A DNA stretch of 64,000 nucleotides, taken from contig CM075988.1 of assembly GCA_038087875.1 (NCBI GenBank), forward strand, positions 15,378,001 to 15,442,000. Direction: 5' to 3'. The notes beneath the pieces were generated by a model. It saw only the letters and a program-made list of their open reading frames with translations. It was not told the origin of the DNA and made no database searches. The position numbers were made by a program, and so were the translations under genes. This stretch comes from Malacoraja senta. Lineage: Eukaryota. Below, in pieces: positions 26,406 to 38,907 of this stretch (position 1 is its first letter; every line of letters begins with the position of its first letter).

Positions 26406-29400
26406 CAGAACAGGCAGCATAGTTACTCCAGCATTTTGTGTCTATCTTTGGTGTGAACCAGCATCTGTAGTTCCTTCTTAAACAAACAGAACCTTTCTCC
26501 CAGGATGGAAAAGTCAAATACTAGAGTGCGTAGCTTTAAGGTGCGAGGGGGGGAGTCTAAAGGAGACATGGAGGGGCAAATCTTTTACACAGAGGGTGGC
26601 GAGTGTCTGGAACGCACTGTTGGGGGTGGTGGGTGAGGCAGATACGATAGCAACATTTAGGGGACTTTTGGATAGATGTATGGATAAGCAGGGAATGGAG
26701 GGATATACGCAGATTATGTGCAGGTAGATAAGAGATGGTATTGGTATCATGTTCGGCACAGATATTGTGGGCTGTTCCTGTGCTGCACTCCTCTATGTTC
26801 TATGGCTGTCTATCCTAGCTATTCCTTAGTATATGCAGAACAGATAATGTGGGAGGAATTAATACTGACCAATGTAGGAGTATACGTGGGCATTGACTTG
26901 GTTGGCCACAAGAATCTGTATCTGTGCTGTATGACTAGGAGACAGTAAGGAGCTGATCAGAGGTAAAGGGAATTTACAAAATAAGGATGAGAAAAAGCAA
27001 GAATGAACTGGGACAATTGTTTGAAAGTTTTACACGGGGACAGTGAACAAGACAGGGAGTGAAGCACGGGTTCGGACACAATGCAATGTTCGAGTAACCT
27101 GTGTTTTCACAGCCAAAGAGTAAAGGGGGAGGGTGTGGAGAATGTTGGTGGGAGTTGTTATTCAAGCCAGGAGATGGGACGGAAAGTAATTTCATACAGG
27201 TCACTGGATGGTTTACATTGGGAGTTCTGAGGGAGGGAGAAATATCGGAGAGAATGATGGATGTTTTTCCATAATTTCTGTGGGAAGGAGAGCAACATGG
27301 GTGAACTGGAATGTGAGCATCCTCTGCCAATTCAATCTGACAATTGATTCCAATAATATCACAACGTTTTTGGATAATTGTAATCTTCCAAAGTTAGAGC
27401 TGAAGGAACAAGAGGAATTGGGTGCACAAATTTCAATTAAGGAATTAGAAGATACAATAAACTCACTAAAGAATGGAAAAACACCAGGTCCTGATGGATT
27501 TACTAATGAATTTTATAAAAGCTTTTATGATAAAATAATACCAAGATTACAAAAAATGTACCAATATGCTTTTAAAAAACAAATACTACCTGATACATTA
27601 GCGGAATCAACGATTACACTAATACTTAAGAAAGACAAAGATTTAGAAGAACTGGGTTCATATAGAGCTATAGCATTGTTAAACACAGATCAAAAAATAT
27701 TAGCGAAAACATTAGCTAGAAGATTAAGTAAATACATTAGTAAATTAATAAACCCAGATCAGACGGGGTTTATCCCTAAGAGATACTCATCTAACAATAT
27801 GAGACGTTTACTCAACATAATGCACTCACACAAATCTGAAGATCAAGAATTATCAATTATTTCGCTGGATGCGGAAAAAGCATTTGACCAAGTAGAATGG
27901 AATTATATGGATAAAGTATTACAAAAATTCCAACTGGGAGAGAATTTTACTCTATGGATCAAATTATTATATAATAAACCGTCAGCTAGAATATTAACTA
28001 ATAACATATTATCCTCGAAATTCCAACTATCAAGGGGAAATAGACAAGGATGCTCATTATCACCACAGTTTGCTCTCATTATTGAACCGCTAGCAGAAAA
28101 AATTAGAATACACCCTGATATCCATGGTTATAATACTAAAGATTCATATAATAAAATATCTTTATACACAGATGATATATTACTGTACATTACAAAACCT
28201 CAAATCACTATACCAAATATATTAAATTTAATTGAAGACTTTGGATCGTTTTCTGGATATAGAATAAATTGGAATAAAAGTGAAATTATGTCAATAAAAC
28301 TGAAAGATTGAACACATCTTTTAAAATTGCCTTTTAAAATAGCTACAGAAAAATTTAAATACTTGGGAATCGAAATTACTAGAACATATCAAGGTATGTT
28401 TAAGGCAAATTTTGATCCCCTACTTAATAAATTAAACACACTAATTAAATTCTGGAAAACGCTCCCGATGTCTTTAATAGGCCGAATAAATGCAATAAAA
28501 ATGATCTTTCTACCACAAATTTTATACCTATTTCAATCGATTCCTATATACTTACCAAAGAAGTTTTTTTTTAAACTGGACTCAGATATCACTAATTTTA
28601 TATGGGACTATAAATCACATAGAATACAAAAAACTCACTTGAATAAACCTAAAGTATTAGGGGGTTTAGCACTACCTAATTTTATGTATTATTATTGGTC
28701 AGTAAATATTAAAAATATGATTCAACTGATGGATAACTCCGCCCAGCAAGTGGACTGGATTGTAATGGAGAAAGAGGATTGCTCCTCTGGAAACATTGGA
28801 GCGATCCTCCTCTCACCAATGAATCTGAATAATATAAATCACAATAAGAACCCAATTATTCATAGCACAATCCGAATTTGGAAACAAATAAAACAAAATT
28901 TAAAATTAAGAAATGTATCACTTTTATCACCCATAGTTAATAACCCTTCGTTTAATCGCTCTATTATAGATAAAGCTTTTACACATTGGGATAGACTAGG
29001 AATTAAAACGTTCGGTGACTTGTATGAAACTGGAAAATTACTTTCATTTCAACAATTACAAATAAAATATAAACTCGGAAATAATCAATATTTTAAATAT
29101 TTTCAAATATGCGACTATTTGAAAAAATATACAAAAGATCATTATAATAACCCAGCAGATGTATTGGATGAGGCAATGCAGATAAAAGCTGAATCAGCAA
29201 ACTTAATATCATATTTGTATAATATTATTTTAAATGTAGAAATACCATCTACGGAGGGTATCAGAAGAGACTGGGAACAAGAGTTAGCTATTAAAATTTC
29301 AAAGGAAAGTTGGAATGAACACTTATTAAACGTGCATAAATGTTCGATTAATGTAAGACACACTTTAATACAATTTAAAATTTTACATAGATTATATTAT

Positions 29401-31158
29401 TCCAAAACTAAAATCCATAAAATTTTCCCAAATGTATCATCCATTTGTGATAAATGTCAATCCCAAGAAGCTACTATAACGCACTCATTTGTTTTCTGTA
29501 CAAAAATTCAAAAATTTTGGAATGAAATTTTCGAAATCTTTACAAAATTATTTAAAATAAAACTGATACCCAAAGCAGAATGGATTATCTTCGGAATAAC
29601 GGAAGATGGTCCAGAACTAAATGTGTTTCAAAAGAAACTAATAGACTATGGGTTAATAACTGGAAAAAGCTAATCCTAAAATTTTGGAAGAAGGCTCCAA
29701 TACCAACTATAAACATGTGGATTTCAAATATGTTCGAAACATTACACCTAGAAGAGATAAGACTCCTCCTGGCAGGTAAACCAGATCACTTCCACCTGAC
29801 GTGGTCTGCATTTATAGAATTATTACAAATATAGGGTGCAAAGGTACCTTAAAAAAAATTGAGGTCAGGTAATGGGGGATGATAGTTGGAGAGTTGGTAT
29901 GTCCCATTTGCGTAATGCTCATAAAAACTATTTGTTTCTCTCTTTTTCCTCTTTCTCTTTCTCCTTCTTTTCTAGGGTCTATTTCTTAACTCTTTTTCTT
30001 TTGTTTTTAATTTTATTCTTATAGGGTCTTCGTTCTTTCTTGTTGTCACATTTTCTACACTCTCACTATTTCCTTCACTTTCTTCTTTCTTTCAATCTCA
30101 TCCTTTCCTTTTACTAGTGTAAAAAACAAACAGAGTACATTCATTGTAAGAAGATATAAGTGACGAGTACTAATGTATGTGGTTGTAATGTAATGTACTT
30201 CTAATAAATAATTATTTTTTTTTAAAACATGCAGAACATGCAGCATAGTTACTCCAGCATTTTGTGTCTATCTTTGGTGTGAACCAGCATCTGTAGTTCC
30301 TTCTTAAGCAAACAGAACCTTTCTCCCAGGATGGAAAGTCAAATACTAGAGTGCGTAGCTTTAAGGTGCGAGGGGGGAAGTCTAAAGGAGACATGGAGGG
30401 GCAAATCTTTTACACAGAGGGCGGCGAGTGTCTGGAACGCACTGTTGGGGGTGGTGGGTGAGGCAGATACGATAGCAACATTTAGGGGACTTTTGGATAG
30501 ATGTATGGATAAGCAGGGAATGGAGGGATATACGCAGATTATGTGCAGGTAGATAAGAGATGGTATTGGTATCATGTTCGGCACAGATATTGTGGGCTGT
30601 TCCTGTGCTGCACTCCTCTATGTTCTATGGTTGTCTATCCTAGTTATTCCTTAGTATATGCAGAACAGATAATGTGGGAGGAATTAATACTGACCAATGT
30701 AGGAGTATACGTGGGCATAGACCTGGTAGGCCACAAGAATCTGTATCTGTGCTGTATGACTAGGAGACAGTAAGGAGCTGATCAGAGGTAAAGGGAATTT
30801 ACAAAATAAGGATGAGAAAAAGCAAGAATGAACTGGGACAATTGTTTGAAAGTTTTACACGGGGACAGTGAACAAGACAGGGAGTGAAGCACGGGTTCGG
30901 ACACAATGCAACGTTCGAGTAACCTGTGTTTTCACAGCCAAAGAGTAAAGGGGGAGGGTGTGAAGAATGTTGGTGGGAGTTGTTATTCAAGCCAGGAGAT
31001 GGGACGGAAGGTAATTTCATACAGGTCACTGGATGGTTTACATTGGGAGTTCTGAGGGAGGGAGAAATATCGGAGAGAATGATGGATGTTTTTCCATAAT
31101 TTCTGTGGGAAGGAGAGCAACATGGGTGAACTGGAATGTGAGCATCCTCTGCCAATTC
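26406..31158 (+). repeat. ~927-bp direct duplication (26406-27333 and 30232-31158) flanking an L1
   Basis: The two copies align end to end with roughly a dozen differences by eye. Confidence 0.95.
27334..30227 (+). mobile_element. L1-clade LINE, 5'-truncated ORF2 plus 3'UTR
   Basis: RT motifs TPGPDGF, SLDAEKAFD, RQGCSLSP and YTDD; C-terminal CDKC-x8-H-x4-C zinc knuckle; in-frame TGA at 28309 and frameshift near 29665; U-rich 3'UTR ending AATAAA. Confidence 0.95.
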
Positions 31159-34131
31159 CCAGTTCCCAAAGGATGGGCAAGAGAAAAAACCAGGAAGTTA
31201 TTATGACCCTGTCAATTCCTCTCAGCAGATTAGAAACTGCTGGCCTTGAATACAAGATGAAATTGTGAGATTGGAATCATGAGCTGAAATCGTGAGATTC
31301 TGTGAATAGTACACTGATGTTTGCTCGTTCAGGCAAGTTTTCACAGATCCATAAAAATAAGCTGATGGGTGGTAGTCCCCTGCTCTGTGATGCTAACACA
31401 AAACAACCAGGCTATGTCCCCAGTTGCGAACTAGCTTCACTGTGGCTCGGATGAAGGGATATTAAACAAGAACAAAACAGCCTTTATTTGGAAACAAAGA
31501 ACTGCAGATGCTGGTTAATGCCCAAATGGGCGCAAAGTGCTGGAGTAACTCAGGTCAGGCAGTATCTCTGGAGAAAAAGGATGGGGGGAAGTATAAGAAA
31601 CAAAATATTAAAATAAAATGTATTTGCGTTATCCATGAGTTATGACATGAGCATTTCTCCAAATCTCTTCACTGTCATGGGGCATCACTGCTCCTGTATA
31701 TGCCCCCCACCCCTCCCCCTTGCACACAGACACTACACCCCACTACTGTACTGGGGTCAAGGAAAGAGCATTCACGTCGCGGCCCTGTTTCCACCAATCT
31801 TTCCACCACCACGCACAAGAAGCGCAAGACGCAATTGCATGCAGATGCCGAGAAGTGTGTTCAGCTCTGGCTGTAAAATTTCTAATCTTGTGATGTGGAC
31901 TCGATAAGAGGAGCACTGTGTACTCTGATACAGTGTGGAAACAGGCCCTTCGGCCCACTGAGTCCGTGCTGACCAGCGATCACCCCATACACTACCACTA
32001 TCATACACACTAGGAACAATTTTACAATTTACAGTGTGGGAGGAAACCGGAGCACCTGGAGAAAACCCATGCGGTCACAGGGAGAATGTAAAACTTCGTA
32101 CAGACAGCACCCTTTATCAGGATCGAACCTGGGTTTCTGGCACCTTAAGGCAGCAACTAACTACTGCTGTGCCACCATGCCACCACAATGATGTACCACA
32201 CCAGTAGCTCGGTGTTTGTCCAGCGGGCAGCTGGTCCTTCAGCATCCAGTGTTAGCAAACAAATAACCATGCTCTTTGTTAAACTGAAGAGGCTGTAAAA
32301 CAATTTGCTTATAAAGTGGAGTGTTTTACAGCTCCTCAACACAAGGTGGTTTTGATTGTAATAGGATTGTAAATCCTCTGTTAGCTTATGAAGTTTGGGA
32401 ATGAGCTGAACTGGAGATCCAGTTACCAGGGCCCCACTCAATAACCCTGTAGAGCAGAGGCAAGCGCGATAGAGGGTGATGGGGGGGGGCAGTTGTTGGA
32501 GGGGCCGTACTGAGGGACTGTAGGACATCAGAGAGACAGCACTGAGGAGCAGCACGGTCATTAGAGGGCAGCCAGGCAGTCTGGAGCATTGGAGGGGTAG
32601 TGTCCAGGGAATTGAAGAATTCTAGAGAGGCGTGAATATGCAGGAATGGAGGGACATGGATCATGTGTGGGCAGAGGTGTCACACAGTCATACAGCGTGG
32701 GGACAGGCGTTCAGCCCAACTCGCCCACAGTGACCAAGATGCCTTGTCCATGCTAGTCCCTATTTGCTCATGTTTGGCCCAATAGAGTCATACAGCACAG
32801 AAACAGACAGGTGATTAGTTTGACGACTTCATGTTTAGAACGGACATGAAGGGCTGAAGGGCCTGTTCCTGTGCTGTACCTGAATGCAGCTTTGTCCATT
32901 GGGTAGCAACCGCCAGAGGGATGGCACTGACGGCCCGTCCTGGGGCCAGTTGTTGTATGTACACGTTGATGGTGGTCTTTATCAGAAGCTTCCTCTGCCC
33001 CTCCCACAGCGTCGCTCTCCCAGTCCGCGCCCCTTCCAATGGCCCAGGGTCAGTCTGCTGGACTATCGCAGGGACCTCAATGAAGGAGCAGTGCTTTTAC
33101 AAAGGGGCTGTCTTGAACAGGCACTGCGTTGTTGAAGAAGTAGTACTGAGAGAGACCGTCCTACGCAGCTCCTTGGAGTGTAGTACCCTCTCGCTTCCAA
33201 TTCCAACAACCCTAATCATCAAATGGGACAATGATGTCCCTGTGTCAGTAGGTCCTGGATACAAGCCAGAGATCAAGCCTTTACTCCGTGCAAAACAGCG
33301 AGTCTCTGCTGCATCCCACTGCCACCAGCCTCACTCATCCTCAATTATCAAACAGTTATCTGCCATATAGGGCAGCACTATTTGTTGAGACAAGAAATAA
33401 ATGGAAAAAAACGTCACTCCTTCATCAACGCAGATGCGACGTGAGTGTGGAGTGGGGCAGACCAAGCAAGTCTGCGGCTCACTGTCTCCTAGCTGGGCAG
33501 AGGAAGCTTCTGATAAAGACCACCATCAACGTGTACATACAACAACTGGCCCCAGGAAGGAAGGAGCCAATTACACAGAAGGAAGAGCAATTAAACAAAC
33601 ACTAACAAAAAAATATCAAAGGATGGAGCTTAATGCAAAATACCACAGCCAGCTGGTGACACAAAAAAAAAATCACACAGTGGATGAGATGCAGAATGCA
33701 GCAACTCAGCAGATTAGCATTATTAACGATGAATTTGCATTTATATAGTCTCACACAGGTTGTGCTGAATTGCTTCACCACTGATGAAAAGCTTTGCCAT
33801 TGTAACAGCAGCCTCTTGGAGCTTGAAAAGACTTGAAATCATATATCATAGAATAATGGCACAGAACGAAGACATTTTGCCCAGTGTCCATTGCAGATCT
33901 CAATGAGAGGAGTTCACTAGTTCCCCTCCCCCCAACTCCCCCACTGTCCTTTCTCTGCAAATTTACGACATTTTCTTCACCATGTGTTATATCCAATTCC
34001 CTCTCAAAAACCACAACAGAACCTGCTTTACATCACATTCCCAGTCAGCACCTTACAGATTCTCTGTATTGAACTTCATTCGGCATGTGTCTGCGCATTC
34101 CATTTATATCTTATTACAATCTATCACTTAA

Positions 34132-34910
34132 TGGCCCTGTCCCATGGGCAGGCAGTTACTGGCGGTGAAGCGCGGCGTCGCCGGAAGCGGGGACCGCGCG
34201 GCTACCGCCGAGTGATCTCCGTATGGCCTGTCCCACGAGCTTGAGGTAAGTTTAAAAAAATTAAACCTTACCGGAAGCTGTTGCCGCGCGTATGCCGGGT
34301 GATCACCGTACGGCCTGTCCCACGAGCGCCGCGTCGGGTGATGACGACATCGCGCAATGCAACGCGCTACGCAATGATGTCAATTCGGCTCGCGGCGCTG
34401 TGGCGGTGCTAGTGGTGCTCACGGCGCTCAGGCGGCGGCTGTGGCGGTGCTCGTGCCGCACTGGCGGCGGCTGTGGCGGTGCTCGTGCCGCACTGGCGGC
34501 GGCACTGGCGGCGGCTGTGGCGGTGCTCGTGCCGCACTGGCGGCGGCTGTGGCGGTGCTCGTGCCGCACTGGCGGCGGCTGTGGCGGTGCTTGTGCCGCA
34601 CTGGCGGCGGCTGTGGCGGTGCTCATGCCGCACTGGCGGCGGCTGTGGCGGTGCTCGTGCCGCACTGGCGCCGGCTGTGGCGGTGCTCTTGCCGCACTGG
34701 CGGCGGCTGTGCGGTAGGACAACATTTTTGAATATTGTCGACTTTTTGTGAGCACCGTGCGGTGTTGGGACCAACACCTCACGGTCCTGGCGGTGTGCAT
34801 GGGACCGACCCCGCGGGCCATGCGCGGTCTCTGGCGGTCCACGAGCGGTCCCAACTTCCTGCTTCACCGCCAGTAACCGCCAGTAACCACATACCCGTGA
34901 GACAGGCCTT
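34132..34910. mobile_element. PIF/Harbinger-type MITE containing a 32-bp GC-rich minisatellite
   Basis: TAA TSD at 34129-34131 and 34911-34913; TIR-like GGCC(C)TGTCCCAYGGG; internal GTGGCGGTGCTCGTGCCGCACTGGCGGCGGCT about 8 times (34430-34715). Confidence 0.8.
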
Positions 34911-35183
34911 TAACTCTGCAGAGATCACAACACAGACTTGGAAACATGACTATTTTTGCAAGAGGTATCAGATTTCTTCTGCGCCATTTGAAAATTATGA
35001 TTTGTACACCCAAGGCTGGTCATTAATAAACATTTAAATATTAGTGTAGATGGGACATGTTGGTTGGTGTGGGCAGGTTGGCCAAAGGGCCTATTTCCAC
35101 ACTGTATGACTTTATGACTATTAAATGCAATTCACTAATGATCTACTTCCTGCTTTTGTTATGTGATAATTATTAGTCAGGAC

Positions 35184-35566
35184 CAAAGATCCTATAGCGA
35201 GCAAGATAGATCACTCGACGAAAAAGACGTAGTACGGTCATGGGCAGATTCATGGGTAATTTTCGGCCCCATTGCCGTAACCGGCTTCCGTCTCCGCACC
35301 AAAGATCCCACAGCAGCGCAAAGATAACTAGTGCGGAGACGGAAGCCGGTTATGGAAACATTCTCGTAAAAATAAAAGTTCTTTGATAAAAATCTTCTCC
35401 TCATTTTCAGAATTATAATTTATTAACACAAACTGTTCCCCCGCAACGTTGGTTACACTGCGGGTCGGGTCGGGTCAGGTCACTGAAATGGAGGAAAAAA
35501 AGTCCCACGTTCCGCTCCGTTGTGTACTACACGTCAGCCCATTGCATTTAGAAGGAGTGGTCTTTG
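35184..35566. mobile_element. Non-autonomous DNA transposon with 8-bp TSD (hAT-like) and CAAAGA...TCTTTG termini
   Basis: Perfect TSD GTCAGGAC at 35176-35183 and 35567-35574; internal ~24-bp inverted repeat (about 35275-35355). Confidence 0.8.
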
Positions 35567-36826
35567 GTCAGGACATCAGGTTCCTCACTCTTTGTATAAA
35601 TAGTGATGCAGGCAGACACAGGCCTTGACTAATACTGTGTTTAAAATGGATAGGAAAGGTTTGGAGGGATATTGGCCAAGTGCAAGCAAGTGGGACTAGC
35701 TTGGCTGGGCACCTTGGTCGACACGGACAAATTGGACGGAAGGTCCTGTATCAGCTACTGTATGTAGCTCTACGACTCATTTATTATCCAGTTAACTTTA
35801 GAGCATTTAATTTGTGCAGCCCCTCGGAGTGAAGCACCTTCTCACTGCTGCCCCTCCCAACCATGCAAAACTCCCTCTGTATTGCTTGTTCATCAGCAGA
35901 GGATGAATACAGTATAGCAGAATAAAGAGTTGGAATTTTATCTTGAAAATGCAATGTGATACATTTTGCCAGGTCTCGAAGGCTGGACTATATATATGCA
36001 CAATTGATGGTTAGACCCTCAGAAGTACAGAGGGTTTAGTGGGCATCTGAAGAATAATTTTCTCACCCAGATGCCGTTAAAATATAGAGCACACGGTCTG
36101 AGAGATGGCCAAGGAAGTTAAGAGCCGAGTACTGGAAAATTGGATTAGTAGATGTACTTGAGGCTAGCAAGGACTGGGTGGGCTGAAGGGTCTGTTTCTG
36201 TGTGTATGGATCTATGGCTGTCAGTACTCTTTGGAAACGTTCAGTTGATTTGGAGCACTTTTCTGGATAAAGTTCTGGGTTCTCAGTGCCTTACATGAGA
36301 ATGTAAGAATGGGACACATGCTAAACATGGGAGACATGTTGCAAATGATCACCACATTCAAATGTCAAAACATTCATCACATTTCTTACTGGAAGAAGGC
36401 GAAATATAGACATTTCTTCAAAAATCTTTAAGCAGACCTCAAAGGTACAATCAAACACATTAGGAGCAAACATCCCAGTGTATATCTGGTGCCTTCAGGT
36501 TACATTAATAAATGCATTCTCCAAAAAAGGTAGCATTGTTGTTAACTAAGGAAATGAGAGGGGGACGTCATTGAAACGTACTGAATAGTGAAAGGCCTGG
36601 ATAGAGTGAATGTGGAGAGGATGATTTCACTAGTGAGAGAATCTAGGACCAGAGGCCATAGTCTCAGAATAAAAGGACGTACCTTTTGATGAACAGAGAT
36701 GAAGGGGAATTTCTTTAGTCAGAGGGTGGTGAATCTGTGGAATTCATCGCCAAAGACAGCTGTGGAGGCCGTCGATGGATATTTTTAAGGTGGAGATTGA
36801 CAGATTCTTGATTAGTGACGGTGTTA

Positions 36827-37313
36827 AGGGTCTGTCCCACGGGCATGCGACTCCATGCGGCAAGCGCGACCTAACCGGAAGCGGGGGCCGCGCGGAGGTC
36901 GAGTGATCCCCGTACAGGGCCGGTCCCACTAGCATGCGGCTGCATGCGGCAAGCGCGACCTAACCGGAAGTGGGGGCCACGCGGAGGTCGAGTGACGTCA
37001 AGACGGTGCATACGGCGTTGAGGCGGTGCGCACGGCCTCGATGCGGCTGCGTACGGCGTTGAGGCTGTGCGCACGGCTGTCGATGTGGCGCGCACCGCCT
37101 CGATGTGGCTGCGGGGCACCAGGCCGTTGCTGCGCGGAATTTTTGAACAGTGTCAGTTTTTCGGAGCCCCGCGCGATGTCGGGACGAGCTCCGCACAACT
37201 CCATACGGCTCCGGCGATCGAAGTGGGACCGGAGCCGCGACCTCCGCGCGGCCCCCGCTTCCGGTTAGGTCGCGCTTGCCGCATGGAGTCGCATGCCTGT
37301 GGGTAGAGGCCCT
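36827..37313. mobile_element. PIF/Harbinger-type MITE with ~75-bp TIRs, inserted in a CR1 3' fragment (36555-37440)
   Basis: TTA TSD at 36824-36826 and 37314-37316; removing the element restores the CR1 sequence GGTGTTAGGGG; long, near-perfect TIRs. Confidence 0.87.
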
Positions 37314-37467
37314 TTAGGGGCTATGGGGAGAAGGCAGGAGAATGGGGTTGAGAGGCAAATATAGATCAGCCATGATTGAATGGCGGAGTGGACTTGATGG
37401 GCCGAATGGCCTAATTCTGCTCCTAGAACTTATGAGCTTATGAAATGTAATCAACCTTGATACTCAC

Positions 37468-37625
37468 ACCATGCTTTGCTCTGCCATTTGCTGGTCGGAA
37501 AGACCAGTCCACTGTCAGACGCTGTGTGATGGGAGAGGAAGATCTGAACTCACAACTCAGTTGTATATCTTCTCCAATGAAACCTCTAGCAGTTGGTTTC
37601 AAAGAAACTTCAATAGTAGCAGAAC
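37468..37625 (-). CDS. MPZL3: MPZL3 exon 2, first half of the IgV domain (5' boundary uncertain, next to a gap)
   Basis: Encodes SATIEVSLKPTARGFIGEDIQLSCEFRSSSPITQRLTVDWSFRPANGRAKHG, similar to MPZL3 RGYVGEKIKLKCTFKS...LTIDWTYRP. Donor GGT|GTGAGT, phase 0. Acceptor AAACAG, but the true acceptor could lie in the N gap 12 nt upstream. Confidence 0.9.
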
Positions 37626-37637
37626 CTGTTTGGAGAG

Positions 37638-37837
37638 NNNNNNNNNNNNNNNNNNNNNNNNNNNNNNNNNNNNNNNNNNNNNNNNNNNNNNNNNNNNNNN
37701 NNNNNNNNNNNNNNNNNNNNNNNNNNNNNNNNNNNNNNNNNNNNNNNNNNNNNNNNNNNNNNNNNNNNNNNNNNNNNNNNNNNNNNNNNNNNNNNNNNNN
37801 NNNNNNNNNNNNNNNNNNNNNNNNNNNNNNNNNNNNN
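37638..37837. other. Assembly gap (200 N) abutting MPZL3 exon 2
   Basis: Run of N. Confidence 1.
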
Positions 37838-38050
37838 CTGTCCTTGAGGCATAAGCAATAGGCTGATCACCCTGCAGGCACACAGTGCTGAGGCCATACT
37901 GGGAAGTGTCGCAGATCAGTGTGACAGGTTGATTGACATCGAAATAGGCCAGGGCATGAGGGCATGACATCTGTTGTTTGAGTGTGTCAAAAGCATGTTG
38001 CTGTTGCTCGTGCCACGTCCAGGCAGTGTCCTTGTGTGTAGGCTGCTGCA
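37838..38050 (-). mobile_element. Ty3/Gypsy pol fragment (RT-RNase H junction)
   Basis: WTWHEQQQHAFDTLKQ...LAYFD...CDTSQYGL...PIAYASR. Confidence 0.88.
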
Positions 38051-38117
38051 AGGGAGCTTATTGCTATTCACTATGCTGATTGATCTACAGTAATCAGTTC
38101 CAAAGTTCACCGTACTG

Positions 38118-38620
38118 TACGGTTGCCACTTTCTCACTCTCAAATAAGAGACAAAAGGTCAAAATAAGGGACAAATTCCCGACGGCAATTCGTTGACCGA
38201 CTTGGCCATGGCTGAGTGAATGATGAGTTGGCCCGGGTGCTGGACTGCGCACAAAGCCCAGCTGGCGGGCCAGCTGAGGAGTTTTGGCCTAGGCGCCGAG
38301 GGCGTGCACAAAGTCTGGCACCCCATCCAACTCATGAACCGATGATCGACCATGAGAAGGAGGTGTGGTGGTGTCGGCGGTAAGCGAAGGTCTGAAGGTC
38401 GGACAGCTGGCCGGGCTGCTGAGCGACGGGGCCAGGGGCGAGGCTCTGCTGCTGCACTCCATGGGTTGCACTACGTCGGGACAAGTGAGACGGCGCCAGA
38501 CTCAGGGCTCTGACCCGACTGTCCCCTCGACCATAGTAGTAGCAGTCAAATACAGGACAAGAGCGGTCCCCTATGGGACAAACCAATTTAGCCCAATATA
38601 CGGGACAGTTGGCAACCCTA
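38118..38620. mobile_element. hAT-type MITE
   Basis: Termini TACGGTTGCCA...TGGCAACCCTA; 8-bp TSD CCGTACTG/CCATACTG; repeated subterminal GGGACA motifs. Confidence 0.82.
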
Positions 38621-38907
38621 CCATACTGTGAGCCTCTTAAGATCACATCTTCCCTAGCCAACAATGGGCCTACCAAGACATCACCCTGCCAGAGGTCATT
38701 TGTTATCAGTCCTGGTCTTTTCTCGCCTCCAGCTCTTCACACCTCTCCCACCCTCTGCTTTCAGTCTAAAGAAGAATCCCGACCCAAAACGCCACCTATC
38801 CTTTTTCTCCAGAGATGCTGCCTGACCCGCTGAGTTACTCCAGCACTTTGTGTCTATCTTTGGTATAAACCAGCATCTGCAGTTCTTCATTTCTACATAG
38901 CTGGCAC

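Noticed and set aside
26406..31158. LTR retrotransposon interpretation of the 927-bp direct repeats
   Set aside because: No TG...CA ends, PBS or PPT; the interior is a non-LTR L1 ORF2 and the repeats contain unrelated TE fragments.
34292..34867. Overlapping Ala/Arg-rich ORFs and a CRISPR-like 32-bp repeat
   Set aside because: Head-to-tail minisatellite with no spacers, inside a MITE in eukaryotic DNA.
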